64,000 nucleotides of DNA. Origin: an uncultured Candidatus Saccharibacteria bacterium. Lineage in GTDB: Bacteria > Patescibacteriota > Saccharimonadia > Saccharimonadales > Saccharimonadaceae. The notes beneath the pieces are model-generated. The model worked only from the letters and a program-made list of their open reading frames with translations. It was not told where the DNA came from and ran no database searches. Where the stretch lies: positions 29,758 to 93,757 of the forward strand of contig CAUOLG010000001.1 of assembly GCA_963456295.1 (NCBI GenBank), in the 5' to 3' direction. Shown here piece after piece: positions 1-10,197 of the stretch (positions are counted from its first letter, which is position 1; every line of letters begins with the position of its first letter). A program made the translations under genes and the position numbers.

Positions 1-1311
1 AGTTTAGCGGAAGACGGCACGATGAACTACGAGCTGTCACTAACGCTGATCTATGTTGTGATATTGGCAATTGTCGGGTTGCCGAGGGTTTGGCACTACC
101 GGTCGGAACTGAGGCAATCAAGGTTGGTTTGGCCGGCTAGTGCCTTTGTTGGCTGGTCCGGTTTATGTGTAATCTGGTCAGATAATCACACTAGAGGTCT
201 GCTGACTTTTACTGTATACGCTGCGCTGTATCTAGTCTTCTTAGCGTTAGTGGCTGAGCGTCGTCTACTGTGTCGGCTATTACCAAAGCTGGTGAGAGTA
301 GCTATCCGGGTGACAGCTTCGGCTTGTCTCTTGGCGATCATCCAGATAATCTTAGGGACATTTGTTGTCACTGATCGTCATACCCTCGGGCTGTGTGCCG
401 GCTGCGTGGCGGGACAGTTTGGCTTCATCCGGCCAAACCTCCTGGCGATCGAGCCGCAGTTCTTAGGTAGTTTACTACTGGCGCCACTTCTCTATATTAC
501 TTATCTAACCTTGCGGGAGAAGCATGACTATGCTAAGCAGTCATTACTATTAGTACTAATGCTGACTACTTTATGGTTAACGCTATCTCGAGGAGCAATC
601 TATGCTTATCTGGCTAGCCTGGTGGTGATGATCTTACTGGTCAGAAAGTGGCGTCGTATGCTAGCGGTAGTAGGGTCGGTCGCCTTATCTCTAGTGATCT
701 GTCTGGTCTGTCAAGGTGCTCTAGCCAGCGCTAATCCACGGATCGACAGTAGCTTTACCCAGGCAGTATCGACCAGCCTGAATCATCTATCTATGGGAAT
801 CATCCGGCTTCCCTATCAGCGGAAATCGCTGACTTCCCTGCCGTCGATTCCTCGAGAGCACGATAAACAGCCGGCTTATCATGGCTACGTTGCTGAGTCG
901 ACTAACGTGCGACTAAGTCTGACGAAGACTGCTCTGGCTGCTTGGCGGTCTAATCAGCTCGGTCAGCAACTCTTTGGCACCGGACTGGGCTCAGCCGGGA
1001 TAGTCTTAGCTCGACAGACGGGAAGTCGGTATCAGAAGGAGATAGTCCAAAATGAGTTTATCGAAGTCTTGTTGGAGCGGGGACTGGTCGGTCTAGCTCT
1101 ATTAGGTGGGCTGGTAGCGCTATACGGGAGATTATGCTTTCAGAGGCGAGATTATTTAGCACTAGCTATCTTAGTTGCCTACCTCACGCAGTGGTGCTTC
1201 TTTAGCGGGTTGCCTAATGCCCTGCATATTTATCTGGTGCTGGCGTTGCTAAGTACTAAGCTGTTAGACGGCGCCTCGGCTGGTAAAAACTTGCCGGACG
1301 GTCTTAAATAA
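1..1311 (+). CDS. O-antigen ligase/Wzy-like polytopic membrane protein (probably 5'-truncated by the window edge)
   Basis: Many TM segments, LTLSRGA motif, large extracellular loop, FGTGLGS and QNEFIEVLLERG motifs typical of Wzy_C/WaaL; the frame is open back to base 1. Confidence 0.7.
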   Translation, partial: SLAEDGTMNYELSLTLIYVVILAIVGLPRVWHYRSELRQSRLVWPASAFVGWSGLCVIWSDNHTRGLLTFTVYAALYLVFLALVAERRLLCRLLPKLVRVAIRVTASACLLAIIQIILGTFVVTDRHTLGLCAGCVAGQFGFIRPNLLAIEPQFLGSLLLAPLLYITYLTLREKHDYAKQSLLLVLMLTTLWLTLSRGAIYAYLASLVVMILLVRKWRRMLAVVGSVALSLVICLVCQGALASANPRIDSSFTQAVSTSLNHLSMGIIRLPYQRKSLTSLPSIPREHDKQPAYHGYVAESTNVRLSLTKTALAAWRSNQLGQQLFGTGLGSAGIVLARQTGSRYQKEIVQNEFIEVLLERGLVGLALLGGLVALYGRLCFQRRDYLALAILVAYLTQWCFFSGLPNALHIYLVLALLSTKLLDGASAGKNLPDGLK

Positions 1312-2679
1312 GATTTGAATATCCAGTCCGAAGCTCCAATTCTGTACGTAATAAATATCCAGTTTCCGTCGTTGTTCCCAAGGTAAATCTCGTCGACCGG
1401 ATATCTGAGCTAATCCGGTGATGCCGGACTTTACATTGAGGATCTTGTGCTTTTGCTCGTATCTGTTTAGCTCCTGGGGGATCAAGGCTCGGGGTCCAAC
1501 CAGCGATATATCACCCTTCAGCACATTGAAGAGCTGAGGCAATTCGTCCAGAGAAAAACGACGCAGGTAACGACCGATCGGGGTAACCCTGGGGTCGTCA
1601 TCGAGGAAGTCACCATTAGCCCGATATTTATCGATTAGCTCGGGCTTCCCCATTCGCTTGAAGGCCTGCTCGGGAGTGGTGCCGTCATACTTGGCATACT
1701 GAGTCCGGAACTTATAGAGAGTGAAAAGCTGGTCGCCTCTAGTTAATCTCACCTGATGAAAGATGGCGCTAACCTTGTGGTCAGTTAGCTTTTCGGCGAT
1801 GAAGACCAAGAGGAAAACCGGTGACAAGATGATGATGGCGAAGAAGCTGGCGACGATATCAAATAGTCGCTTGATGATACGTCCCCAACCGATCAGACGA
1901 GTAGGCTCGACGATCATGACCGGGATATCACCCATAAATAACTCAGTCTCCAAGTGGTCTGATAAGTCGTTGACATCACTGGGGACAAACATAAAGTCGA
2001 TGTAGTGTTTCTGAGCGAAAGCCAGAATCTTGCTGTCAACCTTAGGCTTCTCGGTAGTAGTGACCTGGATGATGATATTAGGCAGGAAGTTGGCTACCGC
2101 CTCGTCGAAAGTCTTATAATTAGTCCACTTTAATCGTCCATCACCGACGACACCTTGTAGGTGATAGCTGCTACCCGGTCGCTTAATGTCCCTTACTAGT
2201 AATTTGGCTGTTTCATTGTCGCCAACGATTAAGACATTAGGTAGCCCAATGTTGCTGCGGTTGCGTAGATAGCGTCCCAAGTAGAGTAATCCTCGCACCA
2301 GCCCTAAGAGGACGATGGATATCGCTAGGCCATAGAGAGGGACTTTCTTAGCCGGGAAGACATGCTCAGCATAAAAATAGTCGATGAAGACCATGAAGAT
2401 CATAGCTAGGAATGCCCCCAGCAGCAGGCGCCCAACGGTTGAGCTGGCGGTACGACGTTGGCTAGTCTGATAGAGACCGATCACACTGAATATTATGATG
2501 ATAAAAGGCACCAACAAAAGGAGAGATTGGAGATAAGTGTTAGCAGGAATGGAGTTGTGAATGGGTGTGCCACTGATCTTAACTCGGAGGATAAAAGCGA
2601 TACTATAGGCGCTGACTACAGCTAAGGCATCGCCGATCATAAGTAAGATAGTGAAGACAAATGACGATCTGCCTCTCAT
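1264..2679 (-). CDS. Polyprenyl-phosphate glycosylphosphotransferase (WcaJ/CpsE-like priming sugar transferase)
   Basis: N-terminal TMs; KRLFDI, YKFRT, DDPRVTPIGRYLRRFSLDELPQLFNVLKGDISLVGPR, GITGLAQ motifs of Bac_transf; start placed at ATG 2679. Confidence 0.9.
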   Translation of the reverse strand: MRGRSSFVFTILLMIGDALAVVSAYSIAFILRVKISGTPIHNSIPANTYLQSLLLLVPFIIIIFSVIGLYQTSQRRTASSTVGRLLLGAFLAMIFMVFIDYFYAEHVFPAKKVPLYGLAISIVLLGLVRGLLYLGRYLRNRSNIGLPNVLIVGDNETAKLLVRDIKRPGSSYHLQGVVGDGRLKWTNYKTFDEAVANFLPNIIIQVTTTEKPKVDSKILAFAQKHYIDFMFVPSDVNDLSDHLETELFMGDIPVMIVEPTRLIGWGRIIKRLFDIVASFFAIIILSPVFLLVFIAEKLTDHKVSAIFHQVRLTRGDQLFTLYKFRTQYAKYDGTTPEQAFKRMGKPELIDKYRANGDFLDDDPRVTPIGRYLRRFSLDELPQLFNVLKGDISLVGPRALIPQELNRYEQKHKILNVKSGITGLAQISGRRDLPWEQRRKLDIYYVQNWSFGLDIQILFKTVRQVFTSRGAV

Positions 2680-2748
2680 ACCTATATATCTTACCACATA
2701 TAGCGTTGCACTAGTGGTGACTAGTTTGCTAAAATGCTAGAGTTAAGT

Positions 2749-4380
2749 ATGGTAAAGCGAGTTAAGTCTATCGATGGGTTCGTGGTACGACCTCGACCGA
2801 TTAGTCAACCGACTAAGAAGCCGGTCTCTAAGGCTTCTACTACCGGCGTTACTTCTCCCCGTCGGGTGCCTAATCGTCGTCCGGTGATGACACCGGAAGA
2901 TAAGTTGCTGAGCGATATTGAGGACTCTCTGTCGCAAATTGGCGACTTGGATCTTGCTGACGAGGTGCCGGCACATCCGACCAGACGTCGTCAGCGTCAA
3001 ATGCCGGATCAGCCCAAGCTTAAGCCGAAGCGTCACTTATCCAAGGGTAAGATAATTAAGAGAATCATTATCATTATCATCGTTGTCCTCTTGGGGATAG
3101 CCGGTTACTTAGGGGTGAAAGCACTGCTGGCCAGTGGTAAGATCTTTAAGGGTAATCCCCTAGCCATCTTTACCAATAAAGCTCGCTTAGCGGAAGATAA
3201 AAACGGTCGAACCAATATTCTGATCTTCGGTACCTCTGGTTACTCGATGAGCGAGAACGCTTGGGACGGAGCCATGCTAACCGATTCGATCATGCTGGTA
3301 TCCATTGACCAAGACAAGAATAACGCCTATATGATCAGCCTACCCCGAGACCTATACGTCAAGTATAAGTGCCCGGCTCTCGGTCGTACCTCAGGCAAAC
3401 TGAACGAGGTCTTTTACTGTGCTTATACTAAAAATAAGGATGAGAAAGCCGGGGCACAGGCACTGATGAGTAAGGTCAGTGAGATCTTAGGACTAAACGT
3501 CCATTACTATATACATGCCGACTGGACGGCGCTAGTCCAGTCAGTTAATGCGGTTGGTGGAGTGGATGTCAAGATCGAGAGTACTGACCGACGGGGCATC
3601 TATGACTCGGGGACGAAGCTACGTTTTGCTAATGGTGAGATTGCTCACCTGGACGGCGAAAAGGCTCTGGCTCTGGCTCGAGCCCGCAATCACAACCCGG
3701 GTGACTATGGCTTGGCCGGCAGTAACTATGACCGAGAAAAGAATCAACAAAAGATCCTAGCCGCCTTACAGCAGAAGGCTCTGGCGGTGGGGACGATTCT
3801 TAATCCCACCTCGGTGAATGGCTTGATTAACAGTATGGGTGACAATCTGATCTCCAGCTTTGACACCAGCCATGTCCAGACACTTATCGGCGTCGCCTCG
3901 AAACTTAAGCTAGCTGAGATCAAACAGCTACCCTTCGTTGGACGGCAGGATGGTGGTGAGGATCTAATCCAATCTTACTCCAGTGGTGGAGCTTATGTCG
4001 GTGAGGTGCCGGTAGCCGGTGTATTCGACTACTCGGTGATCCAAGCCTATATCGCTAAAAATCTCAGTAAGAATCCGGTAGTACGGGAGGGTGCGGTGAT
4101 AGATGTACTGAACGGCTCGGGGCAAGAAGGCTTAGCAGCCGGTAAGGCAGCCGGGCTAAAGACTGATGGCTATACTGTCGGGGTAGTCTCTAATGCTCCG
4201 ACTCTAGCTACACCGGCGGTGACGATTTATCAGCTGAATAGTGCCATGGTCAAGACAGTCGAGGCGCTCAAGCATAAATATAATGTTGAGCCGGTTCAGG
4301 GCGGGCTAGCCGGTTATCATACCAAGTCAGACTTTGTCATCGTTTATGGTGCCGGTTCGGCTACTGCCGGTAGCCGTTAG
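2749..4380 (+). CDS. LCP (LytR-CpsA-Psr) glycopolymer transferase with C-terminal LytR_C domain
   Basis: Single TM, TNILIFG, TDSIML, SLPRDLYV, ALARAR, C-terminal VLNGSG...LA motif. Confidence 0.9.
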   Translation: MVKRVKSIDGFVVRPRPISQPTKKPVSKASTTGVTSPRRVPNRRPVMTPEDKLLSDIEDSLSQIGDLDLADEVPAHPTRRRQRQMPDQPKLKPKRHLSKGKIIKRIIIIIIVVLLGIAGYLGVKALLASGKIFKGNPLAIFTNKARLAEDKNGRTNILIFGTSGYSMSENAWDGAMLTDSIMLVSIDQDKNNAYMISLPRDLYVKYKCPALGRTSGKLNEVFYCAYTKNKDEKAGAQALMSKVSEILGLNVHYYIHADWTALVQSVNAVGGVDVKIESTDRRGIYDSGTKLRFANGEIAHLDGEKALALARARNHNPGDYGLAGSNYDREKNQQKILAALQQKALAVGTILNPTSVNGLINSMGDNLISSFDTSHVQTLIGVASKLKLAEIKQLPFVGRQDGGEDLIQSYSSGGAYVGEVPVAGVFDYSVIQAYIAKNLSKNPVVREGAVIDVLNGSGQEGLAAGKAAGLKTDGYTVGVVSNAPTLATPAVTIYQLNSAMVKTVEALKHKYNVEPVQGGLAGYHTKSDFVIVYGAGSATAGSR

Positions 4381-5057
4381 ATTTTACCGGCAGCTAGGTA
4401 ATTAATCTTCTTGCCTTCGGCCAGATAGCGTTCTTCGTAAGTGGTCTTGACGGTAGAGTCACCGGTTATCTTATCGCCGTATAGATCATGACTTATCCGG
4501 TCAATCTGCCACTTTTCCGTAGTGAACTGCTGAACCGACCAGTCAAATAAATTGTCGTTATCGGTCTTCAGCTTGAGTCGACCATTAGGTGCCAGTAGCT
4601 GATGATAGCTGAGGAGGTGTTGTCGATTAGTCAGGCGATGCTTGATATTTGATTCTTGTGGCCAGGGGTCAGGGAAGGTTAGCCAGATTGTTTGGATCAG
4701 CTGATCGGGCAGGAGACGTCGGAGATTATCGGCATTTGACCAGAGATAAAGGATGTTAGTAAGCTTTGACTCATTAGCTAACTTAGCGCCACGGTATAGC
4801 CGATCACTCTTGCGGTCTAGAGCGATAAACTGCTGTTCGGGATGAGCCTCGGCAAGCTTAGTCAGAAATAGTCCATCACCGGCACCAACCTCCAGGGTGA
4901 CCGGTAGTGAGTTGTGTAGGATAGACTGCTTGGCTTCCTGCCACTCGGTCTCGCTATAACAATTAGCCAGTCTTGCAAAAGAGGCGAACTTATATAGTTT
5001 ACGCTTCCTGGTGATGATATAGTTGTCGGGCTCTAAGGAGGGGTCGATATTCATCAT
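4377..5057 (-). CDS. trmB: tRNA (guanine-N7)-methyltransferase
   Basis: LEVGAGDG SAM motif, FPDPWP, HRLT, KTD, TTYEERY. Confidence 0.93.
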   Translation of the reverse strand: MMNIDPSLEPDNYIITRKRKLYKFASFARLANCYSETEWQEAKQSILHNSLPVTLEVGAGDGLFLTKLAEAHPEQQFIALDRKSDRLYRGAKLANESKLTNILYLWSNADNLRRLLPDQLIQTIWLTFPDPWPQESNIKHRLTNRQHLLSYHQLLAPNGRLKLKTDNDNLFDWSVQQFTTEKWQIDRISHDLYGDKITGDSTVKTTYEERYLAEGKKINYLAAGKI

Positions 5058-5923
5058 CCCTCAAGGTCGGCGATCGAGATATCGGACTTCTGTAGATTAG
5101 AGACTAGGCGTTTGCGAAACTCAGCACTAACCTTCCACTGGTAGCCGGGCATGGTAGTGCCGCTGACGGTCACATTGATACCTTCCTTACCAATCGTACC
5201 GAACTCGTCGTAATGCGGGGCGTCGACGATGGCTTTACTCCAGGTACGATCACGAGCCATGTCCTCTCCTGTCTGATTAACCACTTTGATAATATCGTCA
5301 ACATTAGTGCCGACATCGACGGCAAAGGTGAAACGAAACTTAGAGTAACCTAAAGTGCGGTTAATGACCTCGGTGATAGAGCCGTTGGGGACGATGTGAA
5401 CATTGCCGTCCCGATCCCTCAGAGTAGTCTTGCGCAGGGTGATAGATCGAACCGTTCCCTCGACCGGGATGCTGGGGAAGCCGACCCCGGACAGGCGCAC
5501 CACGTCGTCAACCCGGTACTGATTTTCCAGTACGATCAGGAATCCGGCCAGCATATCTTTAACGACCGCCTGAGCACCAAAGCCGAGTGCCACGCCAATC
5601 ACTCCGGCTGAAGCGATGACCGGCGCCAGGTTAATCCCCATATCAGTTAAGACGGTGTAGATAGCCGTCAGAATGATCATTAGCTTAATGATAAAAGAGA
5701 AGAGATCGGCTAAAGTCTTGGCTCGTTTTTGTCGCTCGATCTTATTTAGATTTGTTTCATATCGCTGTGCCTTAACGAAACGGTTGATGATGGTGTGAGC
5801 CAGAGGTCGAGTTGCTTTACATAACAGATAAGCGACGACAATTGTCACTAGGATCTGAACCGAGTTTAGATCATTAAACCACTTGATCAAGCTATGCACA
5901 TAATGAGCGATCATCTCATCCAT
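5054..5923 (-). CDS. mscS: Small-conductance mechanosensitive channel family protein
   Basis: ASAGVIGVALGFGAQ, EGTVRSITLRKT, VHIVPNG motifs. Confidence 0.9.
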   Translation of the reverse strand: MDEMIAHYVHSLIKWFNDLNSVQILVTIVVAYLLCKATRPLAHTIINRFVKAQRYETNLNKIERQKRAKTLADLFSFIIKLMIILTAIYTVLTDMGINLAPVIASAGVIGVALGFGAQAVVKDMLAGFLIVLENQYRVDDVVRLSGVGFPSIPVEGTVRSITLRKTTLRDRDGNVHIVPNGSITEVINRTLGYSKFRFTFAVDVGTNVDDIIKVVNQTGEDMARDRTWSKAIVDAPHYDEFGTIGKEGINVTVSGTTMPGYQWKVSAEFRKRLVSNLQKSDISIADLEG

Positions 5924-5946
5924 GGCTATATTGTAGCAGAGATTAG

Positions 5947-6552
5947 CTAGTTGTCATCCGACCTAGCCTGGTTCGGACTGGGAGTCGGTTTCTTGCGGAA
6001 GGGATTGTCCAGCTTGGGGTCGAGGAAGTGTGAACCCTCGCTACCGGGCGAAGCTTGTTTCTGCTGGACTGTGGGAGCCTTGACGATAATTCGTTTCGGC
6101 TCAATCTTGATAATTTGCTGGCGGTTAATCACCACATTAGCCACCAAGAACCTTTGCGGTAGGGTCGGCTTGACGTAGAGCTGACGAATCATAAAATTAA
6201 CCGGGTCGACGGTAAAGCTATCTACTTTACCTATCTTCTGGTGATGATCGTCTGATACGGGTAGCCCTGTGAGGAGAAAATTATAATTGATCACTTCCAG
6301 CAGGCGTACCATCCCCTCGGGCGACAGGACATTGTCTGACGAATCAACGATGGCGCCGATCTCGCCAAACTCTCGGATATCGTCGGTGAAGACTACGGCC
6401 GGCTTGAAATCTACTTTCGGACCACTGACGTAAAAGGCAACGATCCGTAGATTACGGGGGTTGATGATCGGGCTATCGAGACGGGCTAGAGGCTGCCCGG
6501 TCTGCAGACTCATCACCGGTGCCCCAATTAGATGATTAATCCCAACTAACAT
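5947..6552 (-). CDS. Tandem PRC-barrel domain protein
   Basis: Two repeats of IG.PV.S..G..(L/I)..V..I.P beta pattern. Confidence 0.65.
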   Translation of the reverse strand: MLVGINHLIGAPVMSLQTGQPLARLDSPIINPRNLRIVAFYVSGPKVDFKPAVVFTDDIREFGEIGAIVDSSDNVLSPEGMVRLLEVINYNFLLTGLPVSDDHHQKIGKVDSFTVDPVNFMIRQLYVKPTLPQRFLVANVVINRQQIIKIEPKRIIVKAPTVQQKQASPGSEGSHFLDPKLDNPFRKKPTPSPNQARSDDN

Positions 6553-6792
6553 ACTGGATATATTTTAGCATAAGAGTTATGAGGTGTTTTATCACCTAAC
6601 CCAATGTGGTTATGTCAAGCGAGGTCACTATCTACTCCCATCTAACTATAATGGGTCTGATATAATAGCTATATGACGAGATTATTCCTGCAGCATCATC
6701 ACCACTTCCATAATTAAGCAGGAGTTTATTGTTGCTACTTTGCCTCCTGCGGGAGGCTTTTTGATTGATGAGATTTAAGGAAGGAAATGTGT

Positions 6793-7806
6793 ATGATACC
6801 GGATAAATTAAAACCAGGCGACGAAGTAAGGATAGTTGCACCCGCACGCTCAGCGAGTGATATTAGTAAGGTGACTCTACGGCGAGCTCAGTCAACACTA
6901 GAGTCAATTGGATTAAAAGTTACATTTAGCGACAATGCTTTCTCGCAAAATCAGCGGGGCTGCCCGACGGACGAAGAAAAGGTCAAAGATTTAGAAGAAG
7001 CATTTACTGATAATAATGTAAAGTGTATCTTATCAGCTATTGGTGGCTTCAATTCAAATCAGTTGCTCAATAAAATCAACTGGCAAATTATTAAGGATAG
7101 CCCAAAGATCTTTGGCGGGTTCTCTGATATTACTATCTTAAATCATGCGATTCTGGCAAAAACCGGGTTAATAACTTATGCAACGCCAAATTTCTATTGT
7201 TTTGGTTTGCCGCTGGAGTCCGACTATTCATTGAAATATTTCCAGCGGTGCTTACTGACAGACAATCCTGATTCTTATGAAGTACAGCCAACAAAACGTT
7301 GGTACGACTTTTCGTGGAACAACGACGAGAGTTTACCACAACTAATATGGAAAAATAGTGGACCACGTATCGTACAAGGTGGGTCGGCTATAGGAACGAT
7401 AATTGGCGGTAATCTCTGTAGTCTGAACTTACTGAACGGTACAGAGTATTCCCCAAAAATTAAAGGTAACATCATCCTATGTATAGAAGATGATAGTTAT
7501 GACTCGATCCCTGAAACATTTGAACGAAATGTTTAATCTCTGATGCAACAGCCGTATTTTCACCAAGTCAGAGCAATCTTGATCGGTCGTTTCCAGGGTA
7601 AGTCTCAAGCGACGGAAGATGTGGTCGGTGATATTATTCTTTCTAAGAACATTAGCCCAAACATTCCGATAATTGCCGGTCTCGACTTTGGTCATACCGA
7701 TCCAAAGTTCACTTATCCGGTCGGTGGCTACTGTCACATTGTGGCAGAAGATGATAGTGCTAAGGTTGTCATTTATTGTGATGATAAAAGTGTATTAGAT
7801 GAGTAA
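6793..7806 (+). pseudogene. S66 LD-carboxypeptidase/MccF-like peptidase interrupted by an in-frame TAA at 7534-7536
   Basis: LKPGDEVRIVAPA, IGGFNSNQ, GFSDIT, GGNL, IEDD, DFGHTDP motifs; ORFs 6787-7536 and 7543-7806 are in the same frame. Confidence 0.85.
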
Positions 7807-7897
7807 GTCGGTCGCATACTAGGTGTCTACGGCTTCTTGTTATGATTCGGGGATGATACTAATAATTTAATCCAGTGAGGATAATGTTATATCCTGC

Positions 7898-8524
7898 TCA
7901 CTTACTTACTTGTGAATCTTGTTCGTGATACCGCTCAATCGCTTTGTTGATGTCGTCGTATCTGAAGCCGGCTCTAGCTAGATAGGCTTTGAGTTTGTTG
8001 ATATCATCGTAGTGATGATACTTCTTGGCGACCAGATTAGCCAAGGCATCACTATCGTCAGCCATGCCGGCTTCCTCGTCTAAGACTTGCTGAATAATCC
8101 GGTGACTAATACCCTTATTGATCAGATCTCGCTCGATTCGGCGACGGGAATATTTCCGGGTAGACCGGCGAGATCGAACGAAAGCCCGAGCGAAAACCGA
8201 ATCATTCAGGTAGCCTCTATCGTATAGACGGGCAACGACTCGCTCGGTATTATCCTTGCTCCACTGTTTGCGTCCGGCATAATCTCGGATCTCACGCTCA
8301 GAGCGGAGTCGTCGGCTGATCAGATCGACTGCCCTGATGTAATTCTTACCAAAGTCCGACTCAGCCTGAAGCTCAGCCAGTTTAGTCTCGTCGATCTCCT
8401 GTCCACTATGGAGGCTATGCTGGACCAGCTGAAACTCGTCTAAGCTAAAGCTGTAATGACCGTCGACGAAGATATTATAGCGACCGGCAGTTCCGGCGGC
8501 TGGGGCGACCTTGGTGATGCGCAT
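7898..8524 (-). CDS. recX: Regulatory protein RecX
   Basis: Directly downstream of recA; RYNIFVDG, RSEREIR, GYLND..FA, L..KGI, YLARAGF; start placed at ATG 8524. Confidence 0.9.
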   Translation of the reverse strand: MRITKVAPAAGTAGRYNIFVDGHYSFSLDEFQLVQHSLHSGQEIDETKLAELQAESDFGKNYIRAVDLISRRLRSEREIRDYAGRKQWSKDNTERVVARLYDRGYLNDSVFARAFVRSRRSTRKYSRRRIERDLINKGISHRIIQQVLDEEAGMADDSDALANLVAKKYHHYDDINKLKAYLARAGFRYDDINKAIERYHEQDSQVSK

Positions 8525-8537
8525 AGGCCAGGTAAGC

Positions 8538-9575
8538 TCAGAGATTCTCTTTGTCGGCGACTGATTGGCGAACTTTGCCGTCAATCTCGGCTAATTTATC
8601 GGGGTTGTCTTTAAGATATTTTTTAGCTGCCTCACGACCTTGCCCAATCGTCTCGTCATTATATTTATAAAAAGCACCCGACTTCTGAACGATATCGTGC
8701 ATGACTGCCAAGTCTAAAACATCACCGGTGGTAGAAATGCCTTCGTTATACATGATGTCAAACTCTGCCTGGCGAAATGGCGGGGCAATCTTGTTTTTGA
8801 CGATTTTGACCCTGACTCGGTTGCCGATCACGTCGTCGCCCTGCTTGATCTGACCGATCCGACGGATATCGAGGCGTTGTGAGGCGTAGAACTTGAGGGC
8901 ATTACCGCCGGTGGTTGTCTCGGGATTGCCAAACATGACGCCGATCTTCATCCGAATCTGGTTGATGAAGATGACCGTTGCCTTACTCTTATTGATGATG
9001 CCGGTTAACTTGCGGAGAGCTTGCGACATTAATCGAGCCTGGAGTCCGGGCAGGCTATCACCCATATCACCGTCAATTTCCGCCTGAGGTACTAGAGCGG
9101 CGACGCTATCCAGCACTATCACATCGACGGCGTTGGAACGAACCAAAGTCTCGACTATCTCTAGAGCTTGTTCGCCATTGTCGGGTTGGCTGACCAGTAG
9201 GTCGTTAATATTGACGCCCAGGCGACCGGCGTATTGTGGGTCAAGAGCATGCTCGGCGTCGATGAAAGCGGCGGTACCACCGGCTTTCTGAATCTCAGCT
9301 ACGGCATGCAGGGCTAGGGTTGTTTTGCCGGACGACTCAGGGCCATATATCTCAATAATGCGCCCTCTGGGATAGCCACCACCTAGGGCTAAGTCTAGCG
9401 ACAGAGTGCCTGATGGTGAGGTTTCGACATTGATCTTATAGGCGTCACCTAGCTTCATGATTGAGCCATCGCCGAATTGCTTGCTAATCTGACTAACGGC
9501 TAGATCCAGCGCCTCCTTCCTACCGCTATCGTCGGCTGATTTCTTTGCCATCGTCTTACTTTCCTTCTTCGCCAT
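8538..9575 (-). CDS. recA: Recombinase RecA
   Basis: GPESSGKTT Walker [32 protein letters not shown] signature. Confidence 0.99.
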   Translation of the reverse strand: MAKKESKTMAKKSADDSGRKEALDLAVSQISKQFGDGSIMKLGDAYKINVETSPSGTLSLDLALGGGYPRGRIIEIYGPESSGKTTLALHAVAEIQKAGGTAAFIDAEHALDPQYAGRLGVNINDLLVSQPDNGEQALEIVETLVRSNAVDVIVLDSVAALVPQAEIDGDMGDSLPGLQARLMSQALRKLTGIINKSKATVIFINQIRMKIGVMFGNPETTTGGNALKFYASQRLDIRRIGQIKQGDDVIGNRVRVKIVKNKIAPPFRQAEFDIMYNEGISTTGDVLDLAVMHDIVQKSGAFYKYNDETIGQGREAAKKYLKDNPDKLAEIDGKVRQSVADKENL

Positions 9576-9632
9576 CTATCCTCCTCTAGTAATTAATTAA
9601 ATTATAGCATGGCCTCGTGGTAAAATATGACC

Positions 9633-10016
9633 ATGTATCTGGCACTAAAGACTGACCAAGCCGAAGTGGAGTTATATCTACTGGCTAGTGATGGTGAAAT
9701 AGCGAAGCAAAAGATCTGGCTGGCTGATCGGGAACTGGCCCGGGATCTGCCGGGTGAGATAGACGCTTTGCTCGGTGGTAAATACGAGGAATTAAAAGGA
9801 ATAATTGTCTTTAAGGGGCCGGGATCTTTTACTGGACTACGGATCGGAGCTGCTGTAGCTAATGCCATCGCCTATGCTCAGCAGATTAATATAGTAGGTA
9901 CTACCGGGGATGAATGGCGAGCTGGTGGGGTTAGACGCTTACGAGCAGGTGATAACGACAAAATCGTCCTACCGACTTATGGGGCGAGACCGCACATCAC
10001 TTCAGCAAAGAAATAA
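9633..10016 (+). CDS. tsaB: Short tRNA threonylcarbamoyladenosine biosynthesis protein TsaB
   Basis: GPGSFTGLRIG motif; ~127 aa. Confidence 0.85.
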   Translation: MYLALKTDQAEVELYLLASDGEIAKQKIWLADRELARDLPGEIDALLGGKYEELKGIIVFKGPGSFTGLRIGAAVANAIAYAQQINIVGTTGDEWRAGGVRRLRAGDNDKIVLPTYGARPHITSAKK

Positions 10017-10197
10017 ATAGCGATCAGCCTACCTTAGCTAAAATATTCGTTGACTAATTTGATTTAGGCAGCTAAAGAACCCGGTCTGCCGAACCATGTA
10101 TGCTACAATTAACGTAGGTAGACTTTTTACCGCATGAACTAAGTGATTAAATCTGATGTATATTTCTAGCCTTGGCTAGAACCGGAAAGGAAGCAAT

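Noticed and set aside
7534..7536. Stop-codon reassignment (alternative genetic code)
   Set aside because: TAA, TAG and TGA all terminate conserved genes normally elsewhere in the window; this is a single isolated case
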